A stretch of 64,000 nucleotides of DNA from an uncultured Candidatus Saccharibacteria bacterium (GTDB lineage Bacteria; Patescibacteriota; Minisyncoccia; UBA6257; GWB1-50-10). The DNA is taken from positions 677-64,676 of the forward strand of contig CAYISA010000003.1 in NCBI GenBank assembly GCA_964365955.1, read 5' to 3'. Below the pieces are notes generated by a model. That model was not told where the DNA came from. It saw only the letters and a program-made list of their open reading frames with translations, and did no database searches. The position numbers and the translations under genes were made by a program. How positions within the stretch are numbered: position 1 is the stretch's first letter; each line of letters begins with the position of its first letter. Below are positions 17,874 through 27,255 of this stretch, piece by piece.

Positions 17874-18986
17874 TTATGTTCTCGTTCGATATTTTGAAAT
17901 ATTAACGACAATGCCCGCCATCGTCAAAAAAATCGTGAGTGCCGTGCCTCCATAACTCACAAATGGAAGAGGAACTCCGGTGATCGGAATAATTTTTGTC
18001 ATGGCTGCGATATTGATAAATGTCTGGATTCCGACAAGGGAAACGAAGCCCGTCACAAACAACCGCCCGAACACGTCGGGAGCGTGGCTTGCGATGCGCA
18101 GTCCGGTGAGTAAAAGAAATAGAAACAACAAAACCAGCGCCACCGTCCCTGTAAAACCAAGCTCCTCCCCGATTACCGCAAAAATAGAATCCCCAATCGG
18201 CTCCGGAAGGGTCTTGAGTTTTGTGGTCGATTTCCCGAACCCCACACCGGTCGCTCCGCCCGATCCGATCGCCATCAGAATCTGGTTTATTTGATAGGAT
18301 TTTCCGAGTGTATCGGTTTCCGGATGCAAAAATGACGTGAAGCGCTCTGACCGGTATGGCGTCACATAAATCAACGCTGCGACAACGCCCACGCCCACCA
18401 GAATTGCGACCGCGATATACCACCACTTCGCGCCGGCAATGAAATAAACAGCAAACGCCGCACCCAAAATAATGACGGCGATGGACGTAGCGGGTTGTAT
18501 AAACAAAAGTCCCGCTGTGAGTCCCAAAATAAGCAAAAAGGGAATAAGACCGTTTTTGAGACTTTTCACTCGAGCGGCGTTCTTTCCAAGCCATGCCGCC
18601 AAAAAAAGAAAGAATGTCAGTTTTAGAACTTCTCCCGGCTGGAATGTGATGGGTCCCACGCTCAACCACCGCTCACTGCCTTTTGTACCGAATCCCAGGG
18701 GGGAAAAGACGAGGATCAGAAGGAGAAGGCTTGCGGCAAAAAGCCACGGCGCCCATTTTTCCCATCGGCGATAGTACACCATCATGCCGATAAAAAATCC
18801 CAAAAGTCCCGTACCGAATCCAAAAAGAAGCTGGTGCTTCAAAAAATAAAGACTGTCGCCAAAGCGGGCTTTCGCCATATCGGAAGATGCGCTCGTGAGC
18901 ATCACAAAACCAAAGACGATCAAAAGTGCCAAGAGCACGATGAATACCAAATCGGGTGAGGATGCACGGGGGGTTCGTGTTGCCAT
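17874..18986 (-). CDS. ftsW: SEDS-family peptidoglycan glycosyltransferase FtsW/RodA
   Basis: About 10 TM segments and conserved SEDS motifs. It sits between murG and mraY. Probable start at MATRTP. Confidence 0.85.
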   Translation of the reverse strand: MATRTPRASSPDLVFIVLLALLIVFGFVMLTSASSDMAKARFGDSLYFLKHQLLFGFGTGLLGFFIGMMVYYRRWEKWAPWLFAASLLLLILVFSPLGFGTKGSERWLSVGPITFQPGEVLKLTFFLFLAAWLGKNAARVKSLKNGLIPFLLILGLTAGLLFIQPATSIAVIILGAAFAVYFIAGAKWWYIAVAILVGVGVVAALIYVTPYRSERFTSFLHPETDTLGKSYQINQILMAIGSGGATGVGFGKSTTKLKTLPEPIGDSIFAVIGEELGFTGTVALVLLFLFLLLTGLRIASHAPDVFGRLFVTGFVSLVGIQTFINIAAMTKIIPITGVPLPFVSYGGTALTIFLTMAGIVVNISKYRTRT

Positions 18987-18994
18987 ATGCGGGT

Positions 18995-20500
18995 TCACGC
19001 AGTGCGTTTTAGAACTGCTCCGGACAATAAGCGTTGGGGAATGGAGTCCTTTAAAGCCCAACCGCCGTTCACAAACACATGCAGGGGCTTAAAATCGGAA
19101 GCGAGTACAGCGAGATCGGCATAATATCCTTCTTTCACCAACCCGCGCTGTTTGATACGATATTTCTCCGCTGGCAGTGACGTTGCTTTCTGCACCGCAG
19201 TTTCGAGGGGCATTAATTTCTTTTTCTCCGAGCGCTCAAAAAAGGTCGGAAATGCCCAATCATTGCGTCGGTGTTTATACCCCCCCTCCCTTAAACTAGC
19301 TCCGTTCGAAGCGATGATCGCTTGGCGATGCGCCATTGCACGATCGAGCGCACTCCCATCGATGTCGCTATAAAACAATGTCCCCAAAAGACGCGTCATG
19401 CGCATCAAGCGAAGCAATGCCTCCGGCATGCCGCAGTTCTGATTTTTCGCGAATTCTTCGATTGTTTTCCCTTCCAAAAAGCGGAACGATGCATCCTGCA
19501 TGTGACCGATAATAATTTCCTTGCGCGCATATCGTTTAAAATATTCCAACAATCTTTCCTCACTCGCGCCCGAAAGAATTTGCTCGCGCATAACCGGCAT
19601 CCCACCTTCTTGTAACCACTTCGGCAAAAACATATACATGGAAAGCGCGAGTGTTTCGAATGGATAGACATCAAAGTGGATGCGACTATCGGAAGATGTG
19701 CGTTCGATCGCCTCAAAGACCGTCTCATAGAGCGGGGCAAAACTTTGGCGCGGCTCCAAATGGCTGATCTCTGTATTGACTCCGGTTGTTTTCGCCACTG
19801 TAATCGCCTCTTCGGCCGCTTCCAAAATCCCCACTTCCGAATCCCGTAGATGTGTCGCATATACGCGGTCATAGCGAGCCGCGACCGCCGCCAATTTTTT
19901 TATTTCATACAGCGGTGTCCCGCGAGAATGCGCGTAACTTAATCCTGTTGAAAATCCGAACGCTCCTTCCTGAAAGGCGCTTTCTAGCAACCGCGCGAAC
20001 ATCGCAAGTTCACCCTCGGTCAAGTCGCGGAGCGTATCCCCGAGCATGCCGCGCCGTATTGTTGCGTGTCCTACCAGTGTTCCGAAGTTCACCCCGAGTT
20101 TATTTTTTCGAAGGATGGAAAGGAACTCCCCTACCGTGCGCCAGTTAATATTGATATGAGATGGGTCTCCCCATTTCATGATGGATTCCAGGGAATTTTT
20201 TAAAAGCGGGGCAAGTGACGAACCGCAATTCCCGCCGATAATGGTTGTAACGCCCTGTTTTAAAAAATCGCTCTGGAGAGGGTCTGTAAAAAGCGAAAGA
20301 TAATGGTCGGAGTCCGTGTTGATATCCACAAAACCGGGCATCACAAACACGCCTGTTGCATCCACCGTGGTGTCCGCACGCTGTTTTGAAAGATCGCCTA
20401 CCCGGATAATCTTGTCGTTTTGGACAAGAACGCTTGCGGGTCGCGCTGCAGCTCCGCTTCCGTCAAAAAGTGTCCCATTTTTTATGAGAATCGTTGCCAT
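18995..20500 (-). CDS. Amidohydrolase, N-acyl-D-amino-acid deacylase (D-aminoacylase) family, with a degenerate metal-binding motif
   Basis: Amidohydro_3-like N-terminus (ILIKNGTLFDGSG...VMPGFVDINTDSDHY). The usual DxHxH motif reads NTD. It occupies the slot between mraY and ftsW. Confidence 0.65.
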   Translation of the reverse strand: MATILIKNGTLFDGSGAAARPASVLVQNDKIIRVGDLSKQRADTTVDATGVFVMPGFVDINTDSDHYLSLFTDPLQSDFLKQGVTTIIGGNCGSSLAPLLKNSLESIMKWGDPSHININWRTVGEFLSILRKNKLGVNFGTLVGHATIRRGMLGDTLRDLTEGELAMFARLLESAFQEGAFGFSTGLSYAHSRGTPLYEIKKLAAVAARYDRVYATHLRDSEVGILEAAEEAITVAKTTGVNTEISHLEPRQSFAPLYETVFEAIERTSSDSRIHFDVYPFETLALSMYMFLPKWLQEGGMPVMREQILSGASEERLLEYFKRYARKEIIIGHMQDASFRFLEGKTIEEFAKNQNCGMPEALLRLMRMTRLLGTLFYSDIDGSALDRAMAHRQAIIASNGASLREGGYKHRRNDWAFPTFFERSEKKKLMPLETAVQKATSLPAEKYRIKQRGLVKEGYYADLAVLASDFKPLHVFVNGGWALKDSIPQRLLSGAVLKRTA

Positions 20501-20521
20501 CTCTCTTTTATTATACTCCAC

Positions 20522-21568
20522 CTAAAGAAAACGATAGAGGAAAAAAACCACTAACCCCACCGTGCTCATGACCGCCGAGATAATCCAAAACCGCATCGTA
20601 ATCTGACTTTCGGGCCAACCTAAACCCTCAAAATGATGATGAATGGGCGTCGAAAGAAAAATTTTTTTCTTCCTGATTTTTTTGCTTATGACCTGTACGA
20701 TCACTGAAAGGGATTCTATCATGGGGATAAACGCGAAAAACGGGAGTAGGAGCGCGGTGTTCGTGAGCATCGCCATCACTCCGAGTGTAATTCCAAGCGA
20801 CATCGAGCCCGTGTCTCCCATAAAAAAACGCGCAGGATAAATATTGAACCATAAGAATGCCAGAAGCGCACCCAAAATGACGCCGTTCAGCGCGGCCAAA
20901 TCATACCGATGCAGAACAAATGACACCACCGCAAGCGCGGCAAAAGCGAAAAAAAGTGTGCCTCCGGCAAGACCGTCCAGCCCATCCGCTTCATTCGCGG
21001 AAAATGCCGTAGCGGCGAGGATGAAGATAAAAATGGGGATATACCACCACCCTACTTCTACGCCACCGACAAACGGGATGTAGAATGTTGTCCACGAAAG
21101 CCGGAAATAGAACCACCATGCACCGATTGTTGCGACTAAAAAATAGAGTCCCAACTTTTGAACGATACTCAATCCTCCACCCTTCGGCCCCTTTCCCAAA
21201 ATGCCGAACATGTCGTCCGCGAGCCCCACGATAGCGGAAAAGAAAAGCGCGGCGAGCGGCAAATATGTTTCGGCGCGGTTCACAAAATCAAAATAGGACG
21301 CGAACCCATCGAACAATTTTGCGAATATAAAAAAGATCAGCGCGAGCCCTACGATCGTTCCCCAGACGATGATGCCTCCCATGGTAGGGGTGTTCGCTTT
21401 TCCTTTGTGGAATTGGTTGAAAACAGGAGCGGTGATTTCATCGCGGATATTTTTTTTGCGCAGATTGAATCGCAAAAGAAAATGCGTGATAAATGGCGTA
21501 ATAAAAAGCGCGGCAACAAAGGCGAGAGCGAATAGGATCAAAATGCGAATCGCTTCAAATACTTCCAT
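20522..21568 (-). CDS. mraY: Phospho-N-acetylmuramoyl-pentapeptide transferase MraY
   Basis: Polytopic membrane protein with characteristic MraY loops. 348 aa. Confidence 0.95.
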   Translation of the reverse strand: MEVFEAIRILILFALAFVAALFITPFITHFLLRFNLRKKNIRDEITAPVFNQFHKGKANTPTMGGIIVWGTIVGLALIFFIFAKLFDGFASYFDFVNRAETYLPLAALFFSAIVGLADDMFGILGKGPKGGGLSIVQKLGLYFLVATIGAWWFYFRLSWTTFYIPFVGGVEVGWWYIPIFIFILAATAFSANEADGLDGLAGGTLFFAFAALAVVSFVLHRYDLAALNGVILGALLAFLWFNIYPARFFMGDTGSMSLGITLGVMAMLTNTALLLPFFAFIPMIESLSVIVQVISKKIRKKKIFLSTPIHHHFEGLGWPESQITMRFWIISAVMSTVGLVVFFLYRFL

Positions 21569-21572
21569 AGTA

Positions 21573-22532
21573 TCACCACTGATAAGCTTCCTCGACCCAT
21601 TTTAAAATTTCGCGTGCGGTGCGCATGCGGTCACGACTTCCTAAAATAATCATCGCGATGCGCTGGTTATGGAACGAAAAGAGCGCTACGAGATTTTCCC
21701 GCGCGGCAGGCGATGTTCCGGTTTTCCCCCCTAAGAAATTTTTCTCCGTCACAAGCGGATCGATATTCTCGATCGTTTTGATTGTGGTTGAATTGAGCGG
21801 TTGTACGACCACCACTGGAAGTCGGGTCCAGCTGAAAATGTCGGGATGGCGTTCCACAATATATCGAACCAGTTTAAGAAGATCATTTGCAGTCCCCACG
21901 TTCGTGTCGGAAAGTCCCGAAGCATCTTTCAACACCACGCGGTTCATCGCGATGGCTTTCGCTTTTTCCGCAAGCTGCGACACAAACTTTTCCTTTCCAC
22001 CGCCGTATTCTTCAAAGGCGACTGCGGCATCGTTCGAAGAAACCATGAGAAGGATTTTTAAAAGATCTTCGGCACTATAAACCTCTCCGCTTTTCAATTC
22101 TCCCGAAAATCCTTCCGTCTCGACCGCTGTTTCGCTGATCGGAATTTTTTTGTTGCTCCCCATATCTTCCAGAACCGTGACGGCTGTCAACAATTTTGTG
22201 AGCGATGCCATGGGCCATTCGGTATAGGTATTCAGCCGGAAAAACGGAAAATCGGTGTCGAGCGACTGTACTAAAAGTGCTTCCGCATCCACCCGAGGAT
22301 CCAGAACATCCCATTTGCGACGCGGAAATTGAGGATCCGCCGCTACGGAAGCGCCTACGGATGCGCGCAGATCGAAGGTTGTGTTTTGAACGGTTCGGGG
22401 CTGGCCGCTATCCGAAACGGAGACATTATCCGCCGCACTGAAGGCGGGCGCAGAAATCTGCGTCCGTGTAATCGCAACGGAAATAAGAATGATAAGCACC
22501 AAAAGCAGTGCTTGTATGCGCGTGGTCATCAT
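21573..22532 (-). CDS. D-alanyl-D-alanine carboxypeptidase (S11 / PBP5-like)
   Basis: Signal peptide. SxxK (SLTKLLTA), SxN (SSND) and KTG (KTGTS) motifs. Confidence 0.8.
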   Translation of the reverse strand: MMTTRIQALLLVLIILISVAITRTQISAPAFSAADNVSVSDSGQPRTVQNTTFDLRASVGASVAADPQFPRRKWDVLDPRVDAEALLVQSLDTDFPFFRLNTYTEWPMASLTKLLTAVTVLEDMGSNKKIPISETAVETEGFSGELKSGEVYSAEDLLKILLMVSSNDAAVAFEEYGGGKEKFVSQLAEKAKAIAMNRVVLKDASGLSDTNVGTANDLLKLVRYIVERHPDIFSWTRLPVVVVQPLNSTTIKTIENIDPLVTEKNFLGGKTGTSPAARENLVALFSFHNQRIAMIILGSRDRMRTAREILKWVEEAYQW

Positions 22533-23143
22533 GCAGCTGGAGAAATTGGATCCGCCATCGAAACATTCTCGATGGATTGCGACTCAACCGACTGTGCTTC
22601 AAAGCGTTTGAGAATGGTGTGGAAATGATCGAATTCCGGCAAATCGCCTGTTTTTTCAATCCCCATATGCTTTAGAAAAGCGAAGCTGGGCCGATAGGAA
22701 TACATATTCCCCTCCTGATCGCGATCAATAAGTCCTCGCATCACAAGATTCCGCAATGTGAAACTGGAATTCACCCCACGGATATAATCCACCGTAGAAC
22801 GCGGCAAAGGACCCAAGTACGCAACCAGCGCCAGCGTCTCGAGAGTTGCGGGGGTGAGATTTTCACGAATTTCCTCTTTCAATACTTTTTCGCCGATGTC
22901 TTTGAGCTCGGATTTTGTCACTAGCTGGACCATGTCGTCTGAATGTAGCAAGGCGACACCGCGGGAACCGCTATTTTTTAGTGCCGCCTCCCACTCGAGA
23001 AGCGCCGCTTCACACTCATCTTTTTTGATCCCCAGCACGTTCGCCATTTTTTTTATCGGAATCGGCTCTCCGTAATAAAAAAGAAGCGCCTCCATTTTTG
23101 CGTGCAGATCCAGCCCCGGTGTCATATTTTTTTCTTCGTCCAT
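22529..23143 (-). CDS. scpB: Segregation and condensation protein B
   Basis: ScpB winged-helix repeats. 4-nt overlap with the downstream gene. Confidence 0.85.
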   Translation of the reverse strand: MDEEKNMTPGLDLHAKMEALLFYYGEPIPIKKMANVLGIKKDECEAALLEWEAALKNSGSRGVALLHSDDMVQLVTKSELKDIGEKVLKEEIRENLTPATLETLALVAYLGPLPRSTVDYIRGVNSSFTLRNLVMRGLIDRDQEGNMYSYRPSFAFLKHMGIEKTGDLPEFDHFHTILKRFEAQSVESQSIENVSMADPISPAA

Positions 23144-23161
23144 AAAAACAACAGTTTTATT

Positions 23162-23878
23162 TTACGTAACGGGAGACTTTTTCGCAATCGTGATAGCGCC
23201 GAACTGCGCGTCCTGTACCGCGTGCACAAACTGGTCCTTGATCAAATGGAGAACAGCAAGGAAGAGCACTACGATCTCCTCGCGCCCCTTTCCTTTCTGA
23301 AGCGCATTGAATTGTGTGGGTAGTTCCGTAAGCCGCGCGAGCACTTCCTCGATTTTCTGCTTCAAGTGCAAAATTTCCCGACGCACGGTTGCCGTGGGGC
23401 GGAATACTTTTTCCAGCTCCCCTACCATGCGTGCGAGCGTATCGCGTAAAAATTCCGGCCCCATATTCGCCGGAGGATAAAAAATAGGTTCCGTTGTCAT
23501 TAAAAATTCCCGCGAAAACATCTGTGATGTTTCATCCCATGTGGAACGAATCATCTGATGCGTCGCTTTGAGTTCGTGATATAACTTGAGCCGTATCTCC
23601 AAACTTTTAATATCGGTTTCTTCTTCTGCGGTCAGTTGGAGCGACGGCAGGAGTGCTTTGGATTTGATAAGAATGAGCCGCGATGCCACCACCAAAAAAT
23701 CCGCCATGGATTGCTGTGCAAACGCCTCACCTTCAAGCGTTTTGATGTAGTTCAAAAAATCCGCAGTCACGTCCGCCAAACTTAACTGCGTAATTTCAAG
23801 CTTCTTTTCCTCAATTAATTCAAGGAGTTTTTCGAGCGGACCCTTAAACTGTTCGTTTTTGACCTCGTAGGGAGCCAT
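23162..23878 (-). CDS. scpA: Segregation and condensation protein A
   Basis: ScpA (kleisin) family. 238 aa. Sits upstream of scpB. Confidence 0.85.
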   Translation of the reverse strand: MAPYEVKNEQFKGPLEKLLELIEEKKLEITQLSLADVTADFLNYIKTLEGEAFAQQSMADFLVVASRLILIKSKALLPSLQLTAEEETDIKSLEIRLKLYHELKATHQMIRSTWDETSQMFSREFLMTTEPIFYPPANMGPEFLRDTLARMVGELEKVFRPTATVRREILHLKQKIEEVLARLTELPTQFNALQKGKGREEIVVLFLAVLHLIKDQFVHAVQDAQFGAITIAKKSPVT

Positions 23879-23905
23879 TTCTTTAATACTATACTAACCT
23901 GCGTA

Positions 23906-23950
23906 GAAACCCAAAAAATAAGCTCCCATACCAAGCAATGGTACGGGAGC
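23906..23950 (-). terminator. Rho-independent terminator (minus strand)
   Basis: Minus-sense gctcccgtacc-attgcttg-ggtatgggagc hairpin followed by TTATTTTTT. Confidence 0.5.
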
Positions 23951-24305
23951 GGGGTCCTTGATGCGGCGATAAATATGCCTATTGGCACGGGGTTTGGTTA
24001 CTGGCTGAAGAATTTCAGCAAGAATGCAAACCGAAATCGAGATGCGCCGTGATCAAGGAAAAAGGTGGGGTGGTTGGGGTCACGGGAGCGATATTATTCC
24101 ATCCGGTTAAGATTGGCGGAAATGTACACGCCGGTGTACTTATCGATTGCTCCTGCTTAGCACTATGCTTTGCGCCATGGGGTCACATCGGTACCGGTAT
24201 CCGACTATGGACGCCAACCACCCACATTCAATGCACTAGTGTTCAGTATACTTCCCTCTCATTCATTTGTCAAATCACCGTCATTGACGGACTGGTCCGC
24301 CTACC
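23951..24305 (-). ncRNA. Candidate structured non-coding RNA (family not identified)
   Basis: No credible ORF. GC-rich, with a long-range 12-bp pairing (gtgggtggttgg / ccaaccaccccac) and internal hairpins (gtacac-cggc-gtgtac). It ends at the terminator above. Confidence 0.3.
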
Positions 24306-25301
24306 TTACCCGTGGCGGATAACCAACACATCCCCGTCCTGCACGATATAATCCTTCCCCTCCAAACGGAGCCAGCCCTTTTGCTTTGCCTTATTCCATC
24401 CGCCGGCTTCCAATAGTTTTTGCCAGTTCACAACTTCCGCGCGGATAAAATTATGCTCAAAATCCGTATGAATGGTCCCCGCCGCCTGCGGTGCTTTGTC
24501 GCCGTGCATAATCGTCCACGCTCGCGTTTCGTCTTCTCCTGTCGTAAAAAAACTGATGAGATCCAGAATTTCGTATGCTTTTTTGATGAGCGAATCGAGC
24601 ACAAGCGTGTTTGCCAGATTCACGATCACGTAATCCGATTTCTGTCCCTTAATATAGATTTTAATCTCATCCGTTACATCACTTTCTTCGCCATTTAATA
24701 AAAAAATCTGCTTTTTAGCGGTTAATAACTGGAGTTCTTTTACGATCGGCTCATGCACAAAATCGGATATAAAATTCCCCCTCTCGATCTCTGATTTTAC
24801 CCCTTTCAAAATTTCAACGTCTTTGAGCGCCCTTTTATCCCCCGTTCTGCCTTGCGCTTCCGCCTTACCCAAACGGCGTTCCACCGTGTCCAGATCTTTA
24901 AGCCCAAGCTCTGCCTTGATGATCTCCATATCGCGGATGGGGTTCGTTGTACCTTCTACGTGCGTTATATCGCTTCCCCCAAAACAGCGCACTACTTGAA
25001 CAATCGCTTTACAGTCGCGGATGGTCGCCAAAAACTGATTGCCGAGCCCCTCGCCTTTGTTAGCCCCCTTAACCAGCCCTGCAATATCGTAAAATTCCAC
25101 AACCGCCGGAACCACTTTTTTAGACTTTTCGAGCTCCGCCAGTTTGGAAACGCGTTCGTCGGGTACGGTTACTACGCCTACATTCGGATCGATTGTTGCA
25201 AACGGATAATTGGCGATATGCACTTCTAGTTTTGTAAGCAGTTTAAACAGCGTGGATTTCCCCACATTCGGTAGTCCTACAATTCCTATTGACAATTTCA
25301 T
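24306..25301 (-). CDS. ychF: Ribosome-binding ATPase YchF
   Basis: GLPNVGKSTLF G1 motif, with C-terminal TGS domain. Probable start MKLSIGIVG. Confidence 0.9.
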   Translation of the reverse strand: MKLSIGIVGLPNVGKSTLFKLLTKLEVHIANYPFATIDPNVGVVTVPDERVSKLAELEKSKKVVPAVVEFYDIAGLVKGANKGEGLGNQFLATIRDCKAIVQVVRCFGGSDITHVEGTTNPIRDMEIIKAELGLKDLDTVERRLGKAEAQGRTGDKRALKDVEILKGVKSEIERGNFISDFVHEPIVKELQLLTAKKQIFLLNGEESDVTDEIKIYIKGQKSDYVIVNLANTLVLDSLIKKAYEILDLISFFTTGEDETRAWTIMHGDKAPQAAGTIHTDFEHNFIRAEVVNWQKLLEAGGWNKAKQKGWLRLEGKDYIVQDGDVLVIRHG

Positions 25302-25362
25302 ATCTTTATTTGTATAATGCCCACAGTAATTTAACTTCATCTTACAGGAAAGGGAACGGGTT

Positions 25363-25989
25363 GTGAAATTCTCTGAATGGTTCGAAAAGCTGTTTGAGAC
25401 GAAAGATGATTGCTTGGCGACAAAAGCGGATGTAATTATCGCTATCGGAACGGATGTTTCTGCTGATGGATGGTTGCCCAGCCCCCAATCACAGGCAATC
25501 GCGATAAAAACGGCAACGCTCTATCAAAACAGGCGTGCGGACACTATTATTTTTTGTGGTGGCTACGCCACACGCGGATTAACAGAAGCAGAACGAATGT
25601 GGAACTGTGTAAAAAACAGGGTTCCGTTTCCGTCGGGACGTTACACCACGGATGGACAATGTTTTTTAGAAACGAAAAGTACTCGTACCTATATGAACGC
25701 GGACAATACGCTCGCGATCATGAAAGAAAACGGCTGGAAATCCGCAATTATTGTAGCCCAGCAGTGGCACGCACGTCGTGTTCGAGCAACGTTCTGGCGA
25801 CGCTGGAACAAACGACATAAGTTTTTCTGGCGTAAAAAATGCACCGGACCGTATCAAATAGCTGTTGTGAAAGCACGCTCGGAATATACCGGCAATAATT
25901 CTCAAAGCCGTTTGGGAACGTTCTGGAAATTTTTCCTCACGTGGGATACTCCTGCTTTTATCCTGTCGTGGTTGAAAGGATGGTGCTAG
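25363..25989 (+). CDS. DUF218 / YdcF-SanA-ElyC family protein
   Basis: GTG start. IIFCGGYATRG...AIIVAQQWHARR motifs of the DUF218 family. Confidence 0.55.
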   Translation: MKFSEWFEKLFETKDDCLATKADVIIAIGTDVSADGWLPSPQSQAIAIKTATLYQNRRADTIIFCGGYATRGLTEAERMWNCVKNRVPFPSGRYTTDGQCFLETKSTRTYMNADNTLAIMKENGWKSAIIVAQQWHARRVRATFWRRWNKRHKFFWRKKCTGPYQIAVVKARSEYTGNNSQSRLGTFWKFFLTWDTPAFILSWLKGWC

Positions 25990-25995
25990 AAGATT

Positions 25996-26023
25996 GCCCC
26001 CTCACAAAAGGGGGCTTTTATTT
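25996..26023 (+). terminator. Rho-independent terminator
   Basis: gccccct-cacaaa-agggggc hairpin followed by TTTTATTT. Confidence 0.6.
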
Positions 26024-26089
26024 GACATTAAATACTACGAGGCGCACACTGTAATTAGTTTCTTTTGTTAAAATCCTAGAGAGTAGGCC

Positions 26090-26242
26090 ATGGATGCTCT
26101 GAAACAATTTTGGGAAAGTTTTGATATCTTCTCCGAACTCATTACTCTCGTCACGGTTGTCATTGTGGGACTTCTGATCTCACCTCGATGCTGTAAACTA
26201 ATGAAACTTCCTACCAAAACCTCCAGCGATGAACCGGAATAA
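26090..26242 (+). CDS. Small hydrophobic peptide (50 aa)
   Basis: MDALKQFWESFDIFSELITLVTVVIVGLLISPRCC... Too short for the ORF track, but it lies between two terminators. Confidence 0.25.
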   Translation: MDALKQFWESFDIFSELITLVTVVIVGLLISPRCCKLMKLPTKTSSDEPE

Positions 26243-26270
26243 TCCCTACCTCTGTGGGGATTTTTATTTT
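26242..26270 (+). terminator. Rho-independent terminator, bidirectional with the mpg 3' end
   Basis: atcccta-cctctg-tggggat stem with a G-U pair, followed by a T run. Confidence 0.4.
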
Positions 26271-26815
26271 TCGATATAAAACCTATATTTCTTTTTCGCC
26301 CATACTCGACCGGCATACTCTACTCCAATGCGCGCTACGCGCTTGATCTGTGATTTTTGAATGCGCTCCTTTCTATCTTCAATCCATAAACCACTTTGGC
26401 GGTTTGCGAGTTTTGTATTGAGTGATTTTCCGATCTTGAAAAACTTTGTGACGCGCGCGGTACCGGTTATTCGCCGATTGGCAGATTCCACACCCCGAAT
26501 AAGAACCGCTGCCGGGTGGCCAACTTTTCCGGTGACGATATTCAGCATCCAGTGCATGCCGTATGTAAAATAGACGTACCAGTACCCCGCCGGACCAAAC
26601 ATCACCGCGTTGCGATGTGTCTTCCCCCGCGCGGCGTGCGATGCTTTGTCATGCGGACCGTCGTAGGCCTCGACATCGGTGATCATCGCCGCAATAACTC
26701 TTCGACCGTATTTTCGGCATAGATACATTCCCAAAAGCGACTGTGCCATTCGTACTGTCGGTTCTTCGAAAAACCGCGACAAAAGGATGCTCTGTTTTCC
26801 TGTTGACTTCCGCAC
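26264..26815 (-). CDS. mpg: DNA-3-methyladenine glycosylase (Mpg/AAG family)
   Basis: Conserved AAG-family core (TDVEAYDGPHDKASHA..GYWYVYFTYGMHWMLN). Confidence 0.85.
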   Translation of the reverse strand: MRKSTGKQSILLSRFFEEPTVRMAQSLLGMYLCRKYGRRVIAAMITDVEAYDGPHDKASHAARGKTHRNAVMFGPAGYWYVYFTYGMHWMLNIVTGKVGHPAAVLIRGVESANRRITGTARVTKFFKIGKSLNTKLANRQSGLWIEDRKERIQKSQIKRVARIGVEYAGRVWAKKKYRFYIEK

Positions 26816-26870
26816 ACTTCAATTTTAAACTACAAATAGGTATTTTAGAAACTTCCCAGAAAGGAGTTGG

Positions 26871-27083
26871 ATGGAACGACGCGAATGGACCCCGAAAACC
26901 GCGCTCATCATTCTTTTGATTTGCGCGTGTATTACGTCGATTGCTACTGCATTATTTCAATGGTTTGATCTTGATGCTGGCATTCTATGGATATTCTATG
27001 CTGTGGTAGCGCTCGCTATTTTCCGGAATATTAAATTTCCGCCTAGTGGATCTTCCGGTCACGGCCCTCCGCCTGCTATTTAA
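26871..27083 (+). CDS. Small membrane protein
   Basis: Strong SD (aaaggag). Two predicted TM segments. It is followed by a perfect terminator. Confidence 0.5.
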   Translation: MERREWTPKTALIILLICACITSIATALFQWFDLDAGILWIFYAVVALAIFRNIKFPPSGSSGHGPPPAI

Positions 27084-27086
27084 GTA

Positions 27087-27120
27087 AATCCTCCGCATAT
27101 GCGGAGGATTTTTGTGTTTT
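27087..27120 (+). terminator. Rho-independent terminator
   Basis: aatcctccgc-atat-gcggaggatt hairpin followed by a T run. Confidence 0.65.
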
Positions 27121-27255
27121 TAGAGAATCTGTCCGAATTTTTTCTGTAACGGATATCCATCGCATCCATTCCGGATAAAAGTTACAAGCGCAAAGCTGTA
27201 TTTTTCGATTAACCCCTGTTGCTGTTTTCTTGCCAATCCCACAGCCATGGCGTAC

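Noticed and set aside
17902-18669. 255-aa minus-strand ORF inside ftsW
   Set aside because: It is an alternative frame of the SEDS-family gene with an Arg/Gly-rich biased composition. The ftsW frame carries the conserved membrane topology.
23951-24305. Calling the intergenic structured region RNase P RNA, tmRNA or SRP RNA
   Set aside because: I could not find the RNase P P4 consensus (GGAAAGUCCGG / ACAGAA...), the SRP domain IV motif, or a tmRNA tag ORF with a CCA-ended tRNA-like domain. It is left as an unassigned candidate ncRNA.
24049-24351. 100-aa plus-strand ORF overlapping the ychF 3' end
   Set aside because: It overlaps a conserved gene on the opposite strand, has no start context, and has a low-complexity Gly/Val composition. 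Likely spurious.
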